Shown: piece by piece, positions 33,289 through 44,104 of the stretch | Layout of the letters: each line of letters opens with the position of its first letter | Position numbering within the stretch: position 1 is the stretch's first letter | NCBI GenBank assembly: GCA_021797795.1 | Contig: JAJZZB010000001.1 | Coordinates: 10,775 to 74,774, forward strand | DNA: 64,000 bases | Reading direction: 5' to 3' | Origin: Actinomycetes bacterium | GTDB lineage: Bacteria > Actinomycetota > Acidimicrobiia > Acidimicrobiales > Bog-793 | The notes under the pieces: model-generated | Seen by the model: the letters and a program-made list of their open reading frames with translations, nothing else | What the model was told of the DNA's origin: nothing | Databases searched by the model: none | Program-made: the position numbers and the translations under genes

Positions 33289-34692
33289 ATGAGCAACGAC
33301 TACCCGTACGCCGGGCGCTTTGGCGTCAACCGGGTGCTCCCCGAGCAAGGCCTGCCGCGGGACCAGATCCTGGCCGAGCTGCAGGCGATGGCCGCCGGCG
33401 AGGACGCAACGTGGGAGTCGGGCAGGGTGTCGGGGACCATGTACTGCGGCGACCACGAGCACTACGCCTTCTTGAACGAGGCGTTCGGCCTGTTCGCCCA
33501 CGTGAACGCCCTCCAGCGCGACATCTGCCCGAGCCAGACGCGCTTCGAGGGGGAGATCCTCGCGATGGCGCTCGACCTGTTCCACTCCGGCGCCGTCGCC
33601 GGCACCGAGCCCGCCGGCCTCGTCACGACCGGCGGCACCGGCAGCATCTCGCATGCGATGCTCGCCTACCGCGAGCACGCCCGGGAGACGCGAGGTGTCG
33701 TCTTGCCGAACGTCATCAAGCCGGAGACGGCGCACCCGGCCTTCGACAAGGCGTGCCACCTGTTCGGCATCGAGCTCCGGCGGGCGCCCGTCGACCCGGT
33801 CACGACCCTCGTCGACCTCGACTTCGTGAGCGAGCACGTCGATGACAACACCGTCGCCCTCGTCGGATCGGCCTGCAACTACGGCTACGGCACGATCGAC
33901 CCGATCGGCGAGCTCGGGGCGATCGCCCTCGAGCGTGGCGTCGGCCTGCACGTCGACGCCTGCCTCGGCGGCTTCATCCTCCCCTTCGGCGAGGAGCTCG
34001 GCTACGAGGTGCCACCGTTCGACTTCCGGGTGCCCGGGGTCACCTCGATCTCGGCCGACACCCACAAGTACGGCTACGCCTTCAAGGGCTCCTCCACGGT
34101 GCTCTTCTCCGACAAGGCGCTGCGCAACTCGCAGTACTTCTACCTGACCGACTGGAGCGGCGGGAAATACTGCTCACCGGGGACGGAGGGCTCCCGCTCC
34201 GGCGGTCTGCTGGCGGCCACGTGGGCGTCGCTCGTCTCGCTCGGCCGGGAGGGCTACCGGCGCTACGCGAAGGAGATCTTCGAGACGGCCGGGACGATGA
34301 AGTCGGCCATCTCCTCGCATCGAGAGCTCTCGATCATCGGGCAGCCGAGCTTCCTCTTCTCCTTCACGAGCAACGAGTTCGACGTGTACCACCTGGCGGA
34401 CTTCATGAGACCCCGCGGCTGGCGCTTCAACGGCCAGCAGTACCCGAACGCCCTCCACATGGCGGTCACCCGGCCCCAGACAAGGCCCGGCGTCGCCGAG
34501 GCGTTCGCCGCCGACCTCGCCGAGGCGACCCAGTACGCCAAGGCGGAGAACGAAGCCGGCCACGCACCGGCGAGCGGCGCCATCTACGGTGGCGTCGCCG
34601 GTGGGATGACGGCGGAGGTGGACGAGCTCATCAAGCAGGTCATGGCCGAGATGATGGACCGGCAACAGTCCGTCCCCCCGCTGGAGCGGTGA
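33289..34692 (+). CDS. PLP-dependent decarboxylase/lyase (group II; sphingosine-1-phosphate lyase/glutamate decarboxylase-like)
   Basis: ATG 33289. TSISADTHKYGYAFKG contains the PLP-binding Lys motif. Confidence 0.8.
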   Translation: MSNDYPYAGRFGVNRVLPEQGLPRDQILAELQAMAAGEDATWESGRVSGTMYCGDHEHYAFLNEAFGLFAHVNALQRDICPSQTRFEGEILAMALDLFHSGAVAGTEPAGLVTTGGTGSISHAMLAYREHARETRGVVLPNVIKPETAHPAFDKACHLFGIELRRAPVDPVTTLVDLDFVSEHVDDNTVALVGSACNYGYGTIDPIGELGAIALERGVGLHVDACLGGFILPFGEELGYEVPPFDFRVPGVTSISADTHKYGYAFKGSSTVLFSDKALRNSQYFYLTDWSGGKYCSPGTEGSRSGGLLAATWASLVSLGREGYRRYAKEIFETAGTMKSAISSHRELSIIGQPSFLFSFTSNEFDVYHLADFMRPRGWRFNGQQYPNALHMAVTRPQTRPGVAEAFAADLAEATQYAKAENEAGHAPASGAIYGGVAGGMTAEVDELIKQVMAEMMDRQQSVPPLER

Positions 34693-36257
34693 GCGGCCCC
34701 GGGGGAGCCGCCGGCGGGACGGGGCTCTGCCTGGCGGTCGACCTCGGCACGGGCGGCCCGAAGGTCGGCTTCGCCCGCCTCGACGGCGAGCTCGTCTGGC
34801 TCGACCACCAGCGGGTCGAGACCCGCTGGAGCGGGGGCGGCGGAGCCACCCAGGACGCGGGCGGCTGGTGGCGGCTCGTCCGCGAGGCCGTCCGACGCGG
34901 GCTTCGAAGCGGTGCGGTCGACGTCTCGCATGTCGTGGCGGTCTCCTGCACGGGCCAGTGGGCCTCCACCGTCCCCGTCGACAGCTCGGGCGAGCCGGTC
35001 GGGGACTGCCTCATGTGGATGGACCACAGGGGCGGTCCGTACTCCCGCAAGGTCATCGGCGGCCCCGTCGCCGGCTACTCCCCCCGTCCGGCCATCCAGT
35101 GGATCCGCCGCAGCGGCGGGGCACCCTCGGTCAACGGCGCCGATCCCATCGGGCACATGCTCTACCTCCAGCACGAGGAGCCGCGGGTCACCGCCGACGC
35201 GGCCTTCTTCCTCGAGCCCGTCGACTACCTCTCGATGCGCTTCACCGGGACCGCCGCCGCCTCGCATGCCTCCATGACGGCCGCCTGGCTCACCGACAAC
35301 CGCCGCCTCGACCGTCTCGACTACGACCCGGTGCTCGTCCGCCTGTCGGGAGTGGACCGCTCCAAGCTGCCGCCGCTCGTCGCCACCGGCTCGGTCGTCG
35401 GCGAGGTGCGCCGGCAGGTGGCCGACGAGCTCGGGCTCCCCGCCGGGGTGAAGGTCGTCACCGGCATGCCCGACCTCCACTCGGCCGCCTGCGGCGCCGG
35501 CGCGGTGCGGGACTACGACACGCACCTCGCCATCTCGACGAGCGCCTGGATCGGCGCTCCGGTGCCCTTCAAGAAGACCGATGCCCTGCGGTCGATCGCC
35601 TCGGTCCCGGGCCTGACGCCGCGCCAGTACCTCATCGCCGACAACCACGAGGCGGGCGGGCTCTGCCTCGAGTGGGCGCGGGACCTCCTCTTCCCCGGCG
35701 CCTCCTTCGAGGAGGTCGTGGCCGAGGCGGAACGCTCGCCAGCCGGTGCCGGCAAGGTGATCTTCACCCCCTGGCTGACCGGCGAGCGCTCCCCGGTCGA
35801 CGACCGCTACGCCCGCGGTGGCTTCCACAACGTCTCGGTGAGCACCACCCGGGCAGACCTCGCCCGGGCGGTGCTCGAGGGCACGGCGCTCAACAACCGC
35901 TGGCTGCACGAGGCGGTCGAGTCCTTCGCCAGGCGGCGGCTCGAGCCCTTGCGCATCATCGGCGGCGGTGCCCAGTCCGACACCTGGTGCCAGATCCAGG
36001 CCGACGTCATGGGCCGTCGCCTGGAGCGTGTCGTGCGGCCGCTGCACGCCAACCTCCGGGGCGCGGCCATCTTCGCCAGCCTCTCGCTCGGCGTCGTCAC
36101 GGCTGACGAGGTCAACGAGCTCGTCCCTGTCGAGCGGGTCTTCGAGCCGAACCCGTCCCGCCGGGCGATCTACGACGAGCTCTTCGCCGAGTTCCCCCGC
36201 CTGTACAAGGCACAGCGCCACATGTTCTCCCGCCTGAACAAGCCGCAACGCCGGTGA
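34689..36257 (+). CDS. FGGY-family carbohydrate kinase
   Basis: GTGA overlap with the upstream gene. LAVDLGTGGPKV at the N-terminus and GGGAQSDTWCQIQADV at the C-terminus. Confidence 0.8.
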   Translation: MSGPGGAAGGTGLCLAVDLGTGGPKVGFARLDGELVWLDHQRVETRWSGGGGATQDAGGWWRLVREAVRRGLRSGAVDVSHVVAVSCTGQWASTVPVDSSGEPVGDCLMWMDHRGGPYSRKVIGGPVAGYSPRPAIQWIRRSGGAPSVNGADPIGHMLYLQHEEPRVTADAAFFLEPVDYLSMRFTGTAAASHASMTAAWLTDNRRLDRLDYDPVLVRLSGVDRSKLPPLVATGSVVGEVRRQVADELGLPAGVKVVTGMPDLHSAACGAGAVRDYDTHLAISTSAWIGAPVPFKKTDALRSIASVPGLTPRQYLIADNHEAGGLCLEWARDLLFPGASFEEVVAEAERSPAGAGKVIFTPWLTGERSPVDDRYARGGFHNVSVSTTRADLARAVLEGTALNNRWLHEAVESFARRRLEPLRIIGGGAQSDTWCQIQADVMGRRLERVVRPLHANLRGAAIFASLSLGVVTADEVNELVPVERVFEPNPSRRAIYDELFAEFPRLYKAQRHMFSRLNKPQRR

Positions 36258-36937
36258 CAGCGACCCCGGCCGGGGCGGGGGCGCCGAGACGCCGCTCCTC
36301 GGTCCAGCGGCGCGACGCACTCTTGCAGGCGGCGATCGAGATCGTCGGCGAGGCCGGCGCCGGCGCGGCCACCCACCGCGCCATCGCGGCGCGTGCCGGC
36401 CTTCCGCTCGCTACGACGAGCTACTTCTTCTCCTCGATCGACCAGCTGCTCGAGGAGGCCACCCGTCGCTTCACCGCCATCAGGGCGGCCGAGATCGAGC
36501 GGGTGGCCGACGAGCTGCCCGACCAGGCGAGCTTCGAGGAGGTGGCCGCCCTCTTCGCCGATCTCCTCCTCGCCGGCGAGCGCTCGATGGAGCTCGCCCA
36601 GGTGGAGGCCTACCTGCATGCTGCCCGCCGCGAAGCGCTGCGCCCGGCCGTCGGCGGCGCCATGGCGGCCTTCGAGCGGGCCGCCGAGCGCGCGTTGTCG
36701 GCAGCCGGCGCCGCCCGGCCGGCGGAGGGGGCACGCGCCTTCGTGGCGCTCTCCGACGGCTTCGTCCTCGGACACCTCGCCCGCCCGCGCGACGACGACC
36801 GCGAGGTCTTCGCCGAGGCGCTCAGGTCCCTCTTCGTCGCCTACCTCATGGAGCCCACCGAGCGCGACCGCGTCGAGGTCCGCCTCGGCGGGCGTCGGGG
36901 CGTCGGGACGCACGCCGGCGCTCCCGGGCCGGCCTGA
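36254..36937 (+). CDS. TetR/AcrR family transcriptional regulator
   Basis: RRDALLQAAIEIVGEAGAGAATHRAIAARAGLPLATTSYFF is an HTH. GTGA overlap with the kinase gene. Confidence 0.8.
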   Translation: MTATPAGAGAPRRRSSVQRRDALLQAAIEIVGEAGAGAATHRAIAARAGLPLATTSYFFSSIDQLLEEATRRFTAIRAAEIERVADELPDQASFEEVAALFADLLLAGERSMELAQVEAYLHAARREALRPAVGGAMAAFERAAERALSAAGAARPAEGARAFVALSDGFVLGHLARPRDDDREVFAEALRSLFVAYLMEPTERDRVEVRLGGRRGVGTHAGAPGPA

Positions 36938-37191
36938 GGACTTCTGCACCACCCTCCGCCACCTCCGACCCGCGCCGTGAGTGGGTCCGGCTCCCGCAAA
37001 TGCGGCTCGGGGGAGGTGGGCCACCCCGAGAAACGACAGGGCCCGCGGCCGGCGCCGCCTCTCGAGTGTGACAGGGAGTGGCGCACCGCTCACGCTGCGC
37101 GGTCGTGACGTCCTGGCTGCAAAGTTCCCCTTTCCCCAGGCCGCCGGCTGCGCGAAAGTGACGTCACCACGACAGGAGCGAGGGGGTCGCC

Positions 37192-38223
37192 ATGCGTGCC
37201 ATGCGGCGGATCTGTCGACAGCTGGTCACTGCAGGCGCGGCGGGGGTGGTGGTCATCCTCGGCGCCGGCCTGCTGCCGGCACCGAGCGCAGGAGCAGCCC
37301 CGCAGGGCGCCGCCCTCACCCAGCTCCAGATCGTGAGCGGCGGCCACTCCTTCAAGGCGGACGGCGTCTCCTGGACGGCAGCCGTCGACGCGAGTCTCTA
37401 CACCCCCACTCCGAGCGTCACCATCGGCGGGGTCAACGTCTCCGTCTCCCGCTCGACCCTCGCCGGGACCGAGAGCCACTACTGGAACCTCCAGGTCCCA
37501 GGGAGCAGCTTCACGAACAAGGGCGGGGGTTCCTGGCTCGTGGCGCCCGGCAGCTCCACGTCGCCGGTCCTCTCCTTGAGCGTCACCTTCCACCCCTCCA
37601 CGCGTGTGGCCGAGCGCTGCAAGAGCGGGAGCGCCGCGACCTACACGGGCACGCTCTCCGGGCGCCTCGTGCTGACCTCGGGTCTGAACAAGCTCGGACG
37701 AGTCGGGGCGGACCGCTGGAGTTTCGGTACGACGACCCTGTACGCCGACTACGGCTGTCTTCCGTACTCGATCAAGCGTCCCTGCCGGGCGGGGGTCCTC
37801 TACGGGACCGCCGGCACGGGTCTCGGGTCGCGCTATGCCGAGGTCTACGGCATACAGGCCGGCAAGACCGACATCGTCTCCCTGACGAGGGGAGTCACAC
37901 TCAGCGCGCCGACCAACGCCTACCGCTTCGACTACGTCACCTCGAGCGAGCCGAAGGCCACCCTCCGATACGGGGTCCTCAAGGTCGTGACCCGCACGGG
38001 TGCCCTCGTCCGCGGCAGCGCCACCTTCAAGGGCACCGGGGCAAAGCACACCTCCTACGTCTGCTACGAGAAGGGTGTGAAGCACACCGCCAGAGTGACG
38101 ATCTACTCGACCGTCGTCTTCTCGAGCCCGGGGAGGCTCACAGGTCGGACGCTGCTCACCGGCACCTTGTCCTCGCTCAAGTCGGCGAAGCACGCCTACA
38201 TGTCGGTCACGACCATCTCCTGA
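37192..38223 (+). CDS. secreted hypothetical protein (beta-rich)
   Basis: Signal peptide MRAMRRICRQLVTAGAAGVVVILGAGLLPAPSAGA. An RBS lies upstream of ATG 37192. No recognisable domain. Confidence 0.6.
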   Translation: MRAMRRICRQLVTAGAAGVVVILGAGLLPAPSAGAAPQGAALTQLQIVSGGHSFKADGVSWTAAVDASLYTPTPSVTIGGVNVSVSRSTLAGTESHYWNLQVPGSSFTNKGGGSWLVAPGSSTSPVLSLSVTFHPSTRVAERCKSGSAATYTGTLSGRLVLTSGLNKLGRVGADRWSFGTTTLYADYGCLPYSIKRPCRAGVLYGTAGTGLGSRYAEVYGIQAGKTDIVSLTRGVTLSAPTNAYRFDYVTSSEPKATLRYGVLKVVTRTGALVRGSATFKGTGAKHTSYVCYEKGVKHTARVTIYSTVVFSSPGRLTGRTLLTGTLSSLKSAKHAYMSVTTIS

Positions 38224-38236
38224 CGCCGCCAGCGCC

Positions 38237-39163
38237 TCAGGGCGCCGAGTCGCCTCGTGAGCTCGTCTCGATCCAGCGCCTCAGCCCGGCGGCGTTCGAG
38301 TGGACGCCGTTCAGGGTCTCGAGCTTCTCGCGGTACTCGGGCGGCGCCGAGTCGAATTGGCCGCCGAAGCGCTCCTCGAGGGCCGTCGCGATGTCCTCGC
38401 CGCGCTCGAAGGCACCGGTCGCCACCGCCCCCCATGCGCGCAGCGTCTCGGACGCCTCCTCGAGCAGCTCCCCGGGCGGGATCGGCACGAGCCCGTAGTG
38501 GGTGAGGGCGATTCCGACCGGGCAGTGCCCGGCGAACTTCTTGAGCGAGGTGAGGGCCTGGTCGAGGTCGAAGTCCGGCGGCGGGGTGGCCGGCCGGAGG
38601 ATGCCGCCATCGGGCAGGCGCACCCCGACGGCATCGCCGGCGAAGAGGAGCCCCGAGCTCGAGTGGAGGAAGCCGAGATGGTGCTTGGCATGCCCGGGCG
38701 AGTCGATCGCCCGGAGCGTCCGACCGTCGCCGATGTCGATCTCCTCCTCGTCATGGAGGACGTGCAGCCGCTCGGGCGGCGTCGGGTCGAGCCGCCCGTA
38801 GAGCGAGTCGAGCAGCGGGCCGTAGACGCGGGCGGCCGAGTCGACCAGGCGGGTCGGGTCGGCGAGGTGCCGGGCGCCCTTCTCGTGGACGTAGACGGTC
38901 GCCTTCGGAAAGGCGCGCGCCACGTCGCCGACGCCGCCGGCGTGGTCGAGGTGGATGTGGGTGACGGCCACCCCGGCGAGGTCGGAAGCCGCCACGCCGA
39001 GCGAGGACAGCTCCTCGAGCAGCGTGTCGACCGAGCTCTGGCTGCCGGTCTCGACGAGCACCGGCCGCGGGCCTTCGATCAGGTAGCCGGCGGTCATCCG
39101 CTCCCAGCCGCCGAGCAGGGTGTCGATCTCGATGACCCCGTCTGCGAGACGCGTCGTGCTCAT
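38237..39163 (-). CDS. MBL-fold metallo-hydrolase
   Basis: VTHIHLDHAGG motif; DSPGHAKHH. Confidence 0.8.
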   Translation of the reverse strand: MSTTRLADGVIEIDTLLGGWERMTAGYLIEGPRPVLVETGSQSSVDTLLEELSSLGVAASDLAGVAVTHIHLDHAGGVGDVARAFPKATVYVHEKGARHLADPTRLVDSAARVYGPLLDSLYGRLDPTPPERLHVLHDEEEIDIGDGRTLRAIDSPGHAKHHLGFLHSSSGLLFAGDAVGVRLPDGGILRPATPPPDFDLDQALTSLKKFAGHCPVGIALTHYGLVPIPPGELLEEASETLRAWGAVATGAFERGEDIATALEERFGGQFDSAPPEYREKLETLNGVHSNAAGLRRWIETSSRGDSAP

Positions 39164-39179
39164 GGTCTGGTCCCTCCTC

Positions 39180-40229
39180 TCAGTCCGACGACACCTGCAG
39201 GACGACCTTCACGTCGTCCGGCTCGCGCTCGAAGGCGCCGGCGAACTCCTCGATCGGCACCTTACGGGTGACGAGCTTGGCCAGCCAGTCCCGCGAGGCC
39301 GTGGCGAGGGCGTCGGCGGCCGCCTCGTAGTGCCGCCGGTTGGCGTTCACCGAACCGACGATGCCTTCGTTGGTGAGCACCATCGAGCGGTTGACGAGGC
39401 CGGCGTCGATCGAGAGAGCCCGGCCGGTCGGCGAGACGCCCGTGAGGCAGACCACGCCGCCGGAGCCGACGTGCTCGATGGCGTCGAAGACGAGGGCGGG
39501 CACCCCTGTGCACTCGATGATCACATCGGCGTCCTTCGCCGACGCCTCGATGGGGCCCGTATGGTACGTGGCCCCGAGCTCGCCCACGAGGTCGGGCTTG
39601 AGACCCTTGTCGACCTGGTCGAAGACGTGGACCTCGAGGCCCTTTTGGACGCCGATCATGGCGGCGAGGAGCCCGATCGGCCCGGCGCCCGTGACGACGG
39701 CGACCCTCGGGTGCCAGGTGGCCCGGTTGCCGACCTTCTCGGCCTGCTCCCAGGCCTTTGCCACGACGCTCGTCGGCTCGAGCAGCACGCCGAGCTCGCC
39801 GAGGCGCGAGTCGACCTTCACGAGGGCGTCCGGCGCGGCCCGGTAGCGCTCCCGCATGAAGCCGTCGAGCGACTTGATCCCGTGCTCGGTGTACTGGCCG
39901 TTGCGGCAGAAGTCCCACTCGCCGGCGGCGCAGTTGTAGCAGGGCACCGGGTCGGGGCGCCGCACGATCCCGACCACGTAGTCGCCCGCCGCCAGCCCGG
40001 AGCCCTCGGGCGCCTCGACGACGCGGCCGATCGACTCATGGCCGAGGACGAGGCGCTCATGGCCGGGGGGTGCCCAGCCGTACTGGCCGGAGACGATCTC
40101 GAGGTCCGTCCCGCAGATGCCGACGGCGATCGTCTCGACGAGGACCGGACCCTCGCTCTCCTGGGGGTCGTCGAAGTGCTCGAGACTGGCCGAGGCCGCA
40201 CTGCCTGGTACGACGGTGATCGCTTTCAC
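39180..40229 (-). CDS. zinc-dependent MDR dehydrogenase (glucose 1-dehydrogenase-like)
   Basis: GICGTDLE, GHESIG, and Rossmann VVTGAGPIGLLAA. Confidence 0.85.
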   Translation of the reverse strand: MKAITVVPGSAASASLEHFDDPQESEGPVLVETIAVGICGTDLEIVSGQYGWAPPGHERLVLGHESIGRVVEAPEGSGLAAGDYVVGIVRRPDPVPCYNCAAGEWDFCRNGQYTEHGIKSLDGFMRERYRAAPDALVKVDSRLGELGVLLEPTSVVAKAWEQAEKVGNRATWHPRVAVVTGAGPIGLLAAMIGVQKGLEVHVFDQVDKGLKPDLVGELGATYHTGPIEASAKDADVIIECTGVPALVFDAIEHVGSGGVVCLTGVSPTGRALSIDAGLVNRSMVLTNEGIVGSVNANRRHYEAAADALATASRDWLAKLVTRKVPIEEFAGAFEREPDDVKVVLQVSSD

Positions 40230-40275
40230 GTGGGCTCCTTGTCTTGGTCCGCCGGCGGCGGCGAGCCCCGGGAGG

Positions 40276-42186
40276 TCAGTGGTGGAAGGCCTTCCGGAGC
40301 AGCTTCGGGCGCCGGAGGGTGCTCCGAACGCCGTGTATGTGCGGCTTCATACCCGAGAGGCGCGCCGCGTGGCTCACCGGGTGGGGGTGCTCGGGCGCCT
40401 GGGAGAGGCCGGCTGCGGTGTTGACGAGCGAGACGTGGCTGAAAGCCTGCGGGACGTTGCCCACCTGGCGCTTTGCCACCGGGTCGTACTCCTCTGAGAG
40501 CAGCCCGAGGTCGTTGCGGAGGTCGAGCAGCCGCTCGAACAGCGTCACCGCCTCCTTGGTCCGCCCGATGAGGTGGAGCGAGTCGGCCAGCCAGAACGAG
40601 CAGGCGAGGAAGGCTCCCTCCCTGCCCGAGAGCCCGTCGACCTGCTCGGAGTGGGAGGAGTCGTAGCGCATGACGAAGCCGTCGGCGGTGAGCTCACGCT
40701 GGATGGCCTCGACCGTGCCGACCACCCGCTCGTCGCTCGGCGGGAGGAAGCCGACGAGGGGGATCATGAGGGTGCTGGCGTCGAGCTCCCGCGAGCCGTA
40801 GTACTGGGTGAAGGTGCGCCGGTCGGCGTCGTAGCCCTGCTGGCAGACCTCCCTGTGGATCTCGTCGCGCAGCCCCCGCCAGCGGTCGACCGGGCCCTCG
40901 AGGCCGAACTCCTCGATGTCCTTCACCGCCCGGTCCACCGCCACCCAGGCCATGACCTTGGAGTGGGTGAAGTGCCGGCGCGGGCCGCGCACCTCCCAGA
41001 TGCCGTCGTCGGGCTCCTTCCAGCCGGACTCGATGAAGTCCATGATGGCGAGCTCGAGGTCCCAGGCCGGCCCGGAGCTGTCGAGGCCGAGCCGGCGGCC
41101 CTCGTGCAGGGCGCCGAGGACCTCGCCGTAGACGTCGAGCTGGAACTGGTCGGCGGCCGCGTTGCCGATGCGCACCGGCGCGGCGCCTTCGTAGCCCGGC
41201 AGCCAGGTCAGCTCGCGCTCGAGCAGCGTCCGCTCACCGGCTGGGCCGTACATGATCTGCAGCTTGGAAGGCTCCCCGGCAACTGCCCGGAGCAGCCAGT
41301 CCCGCCAGGCCTGCGCCTCGTCGCTGTAGCCGGCGACCATGAGGGCGGAGAGCGTCAGGGTGGCGTCCCGCAGCCAGGAGTAGCGGTAGTCCCAGTTCCG
41401 GTTGCCCCCGAGGCTCTCGGGGAGCGAGGTCGTCGCCGCCGCGATGATGCCTCCGGTCGGGGCGTAGGTGAGCGCCTTCAAGGTGACGAGCGAGCGCACG
41501 ATGGCCTCCTGCCACTCGCTCTGCTCGATGGCGTCCATGTCGGCCCAGTTGTCCCAGAAGACGCAGGTGTGGGCGACCGCGAACATGGCGTCGACCGGGC
41601 GGGGCACCGACTCGTGCGAGGCGAAGTAGGTGAGGGTGAACGGCACCCGCTGGCCCTCGCGGATGGTGAACTCGGCGACGGTCGTCATGTCCTCGCCCCG
41701 GGTGTGCACCGGCGTCCACAGGGCCACGCCGTCGGGTCCGGCGATGGCGGTGAGGACGCCCTCGACGTGGCGGACCCAGGGGATGGCCGTCCCGTACTCG
41801 AAGCGCATGACGAGGTCCATGCGCATGGCGACCTCGCCCGACAGGCACTCGACCACCCGGACGATCTCGGGATACTGCTCCCGGATCGGCATGCAGTCGG
41901 TCACCCTGACGGTCCCCCCCGGGAGCTCCCACTCGCTCTCGAGGACGAGGGAGTTGCCCCGGTAGCGGCGTCTCGTGGCGAGCAGCGGGGCGTCCGTCCC
42001 CGGCCGCGGGCTGGCAGCTGGGGCGATCCGCCAGAAGCCGTGGCGCCCATCGCCGAGCAATTTCGTGAAGACGGCGGCCGAGTCGAAGCGGGGCAGGCAG
42101 CACCAGTCGATCGATCCGTCCCGGCCGACGAGGGCACAGGTCTGTGTGTCACCGATGAGGCCGTAGTCCTCGATGCGCAGGCTCAC
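40276..42186 (-). CDS. glycoside hydrolase family 15 protein (glucoamylase/trehalase-like)
   Basis: IEDYGLIGDTQTCALVGRDGSIDWCCLPRFDS and NWDYRYSWLRD are typical GH15 motifs. Confidence 0.85.
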   Translation of the reverse strand: MSLRIEDYGLIGDTQTCALVGRDGSIDWCCLPRFDSAAVFTKLLGDGRHGFWRIAPAASPRPGTDAPLLATRRRYRGNSLVLESEWELPGGTVRVTDCMPIREQYPEIVRVVECLSGEVAMRMDLVMRFEYGTAIPWVRHVEGVLTAIAGPDGVALWTPVHTRGEDMTTVAEFTIREGQRVPFTLTYFASHESVPRPVDAMFAVAHTCVFWDNWADMDAIEQSEWQEAIVRSLVTLKALTYAPTGGIIAAATTSLPESLGGNRNWDYRYSWLRDATLTLSALMVAGYSDEAQAWRDWLLRAVAGEPSKLQIMYGPAGERTLLERELTWLPGYEGAAPVRIGNAAADQFQLDVYGEVLGALHEGRRLGLDSSGPAWDLELAIMDFIESGWKEPDDGIWEVRGPRRHFTHSKVMAWVAVDRAVKDIEEFGLEGPVDRWRGLRDEIHREVCQQGYDADRRTFTQYYGSRELDASTLMIPLVGFLPPSDERVVGTVEAIQRELTADGFVMRYDSSHSEQVDGLSGREGAFLACSFWLADSLHLIGRTKEAVTLFERLLDLRNDLGLLSEEYDPVAKRQVGNVPQAFSHVSLVNTAAGLSQAPEHPHPVSHAARLSGMKPHIHGVRSTLRRPKLLRKAFHH

Positions 42187-42241
42187 CGTGACATCATGTC
42201 CGACGGGACCCCCGGCCGGGTACCCGGGCGCCGGTCTCTCC

Positions 42242-43426
42242 TCAACTGCCGAGGCACGTGCCGGTCCCCGAACGCGAGCCCACCGGGCGCCGCTCGGCCT
42301 CGCGCACCCGCTTCAGCACTCCGGGAGAGGCGAGCGCGTAGCCGATGTGGTCGTTGCTCGACTGGCGGGAGAAGACGATGCCGATGACGACGCCGTCCGC
42401 CTCGACGAGCGGACCTCCGGAGTTGCCCGGGCGGACGAGCGACTCGATCTCGTACATCTCCCGGGTGGTGAGGACGTTCCCGTAGATGTCGTAGCCGGTG
42501 GCGTCGAGCAGGCCGCGGACGCCCGCCGGCTGGGCGTTCAGGAAGGGTCGGCCGCCGGGGAAGCCGAGGACGGCCGCCTCGGTGCCCCGGCCGACGTAGC
42601 TCGGGTCGAGCCGGACCGCCCGGTCGGTGAGGTTCGCCACCCTCAGCACCGAGAGGTCGTAGCGGGGGTCGAACAGGACCGGGTAGGCGTTGTGGTAGCC
42701 GGCCGCGTCGGTCACCACGACGTGGTTCGACCCGGCGACGACATGGGCGTTCGTGACGACCAGTCCCGGGGCGACGACGATGCCCGAGCCCTTCTCGACG
42801 AGATCGCCGTGGTCGCACCCGAACGCCGTCACCTGAACCGTCGAGTTCCCGATCCGGGCGACCGCCTGGCGTACGAGGGCGGAGCCGGGCAGCCGGACGG
42901 GGGCGATCGTCCCCGAGTTGAGGACGATCGGGAAGATGTTGTCCCGGTTCAGCAGCTTCTCGATGGAGACGAGCTCGGAGGGGATCGGCGGCATCAGGTT
43001 CGAGAGGTTCTCGAGGATGGCCGAGTTCGCAGTCTCGTTGGAGATCGACGCCACGGGTGAGCTCACCATCACCGAGGCGAGGATCCACACGAACATGAGG
43101 GTGCCGACCATCGCGATGGCCGCACCCGCGCCGGCGTCCAGCTTGGCCATGCCCCGACCCTGGAACCTGCCCCACACCTTGGCGCCGAGCTGCCGTCCGG
43201 CGCCGCCGAGCAGGCCGCAGGGAAGGATGAGCAGCAGCAGCGAGACGAAGGTCCTCGCGAAGGTCGCCTGGATGTGGGGGCTCACCACCGAGACGACGGC
43301 GACGCCGACCACGAGGCCGAGGAGGGCGCCGGCGAAGGAGAGGAGCTGGACCGCCGCCCCGACCCGCACCCCGTGCAGAGCCGAGAGGAGGACGAGGACG
43401 ACGATGAGCCAGTCGAGCAGGTTCAT
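42242..43426 (-). CDS. MarP-like membrane serine protease (CvpA domain + trypsin-like S1C domain)
   Basis: Four N-terminal TM helices (MNLLDWLIVVLVLLSALHG...). Protease motifs TNAHVV and PGNSGGPLV. Confidence 0.8.
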   Translation of the reverse strand: MNLLDWLIVVLVLLSALHGVRVGAAVQLLSFAGALLGLVVGVAVVSVVSPHIQATFARTFVSLLLLILPCGLLGGAGRQLGAKVWGRFQGRGMAKLDAGAGAAIAMVGTLMFVWILASVMVSSPVASISNETANSAILENLSNLMPPIPSELVSIEKLLNRDNIFPIVLNSGTIAPVRLPGSALVRQAVARIGNSTVQVTAFGCDHGDLVEKGSGIVVAPGLVVTNAHVVAGSNHVVVTDAAGYHNAYPVLFDPRYDLSVLRVANLTDRAVRLDPSYVGRGTEAAVLGFPGGRPFLNAQPAGVRGLLDATGYDIYGNVLTTREMYEIESLVRPGNSGGPLVEADGVVIGIVFSRQSSNDHIGYALASPGVLKRVREAERRPVGSRSGTGTCLGS

Positions 43427-43439
43427 CGATCGGCTGCTC

Positions 43440-44024
43440 TCAGAGCGGCTCGATGCCGAGGTCCTCGTAGGTGAGGACGCGCACGTAGGGCACCGTGAGG
43501 CCGAGCTCCTCGAGGCGCGAGGACAGGTGCTCGCCCCGGTCGAGCATGGTGCAGACGCCGACGATCTCCGACGGCGTCGCGCTGACCACCTCGAGCGCCT
43601 CGAGGAGGGACCGCCCGGTCGAGACGGTGTCCTCGAAGACGACCACCCGCCTGCCGGCCGACAGCTCGGCGCCCTCGATCCGCCGAGCAGTCCCGTGCTC
43701 CTTCGGCGCCTTGCGCACCGAGAACCACGAGCAGCCGTTGAGGAGCGCCACGGCGTGGGCCACGGGGTCCGCCCCCATCGTCATGCCGCCGATGGCGTCG
43801 AAGGCGACGCCGGCGCCCTCGAGACCGGCCGCCACCGCCCGAGCGGCGAGCGAGAGGTCCCGGCCGCGGCTGACCGCTCTCCGCAGGTCGACGTAGTCGT
43901 GGCTCGACCCACCCGAGGAAAGGGCGAATGCCTGCTCCCGGCGCTCGTAGCCACGCGAGAGGACGAGACCGAGAAGGTCCCCCCTGAGCGACGAAGGTGT
44001 GGGCTCCCCTGGGATCGCGTCCAT
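43440..44024 (-). CDS. pyrE: orotate phosphoribosyltransferase
   Basis: PRPP-binding loop VVVFEDTVSTGRS; FALSSGGSSHDYVD. Confidence 0.85.
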   Translation of the reverse strand: MDAIPGEPTPSSLRGDLLGLVLSRGYERREQAFALSSGGSSHDYVDLRRAVSRGRDLSLAARAVAAGLEGAGVAFDAIGGMTMGADPVAHAVALLNGCSWFSVRKAPKEHGTARRIEGAELSAGRRVVVFEDTVSTGRSLLEALEVVSATPSEIVGVCTMLDRGEHLSSRLEELGLTVPYVRVLTYEDLGIEPL

Positions 44025-44104
44025 AGTCGGCGGCCAGTGTAGGCAACGCAGGGAGGTGCCCGAAGGTGGTCGCGCACCCCCGCGACGTGCATTAGACCAT
44101 TGGC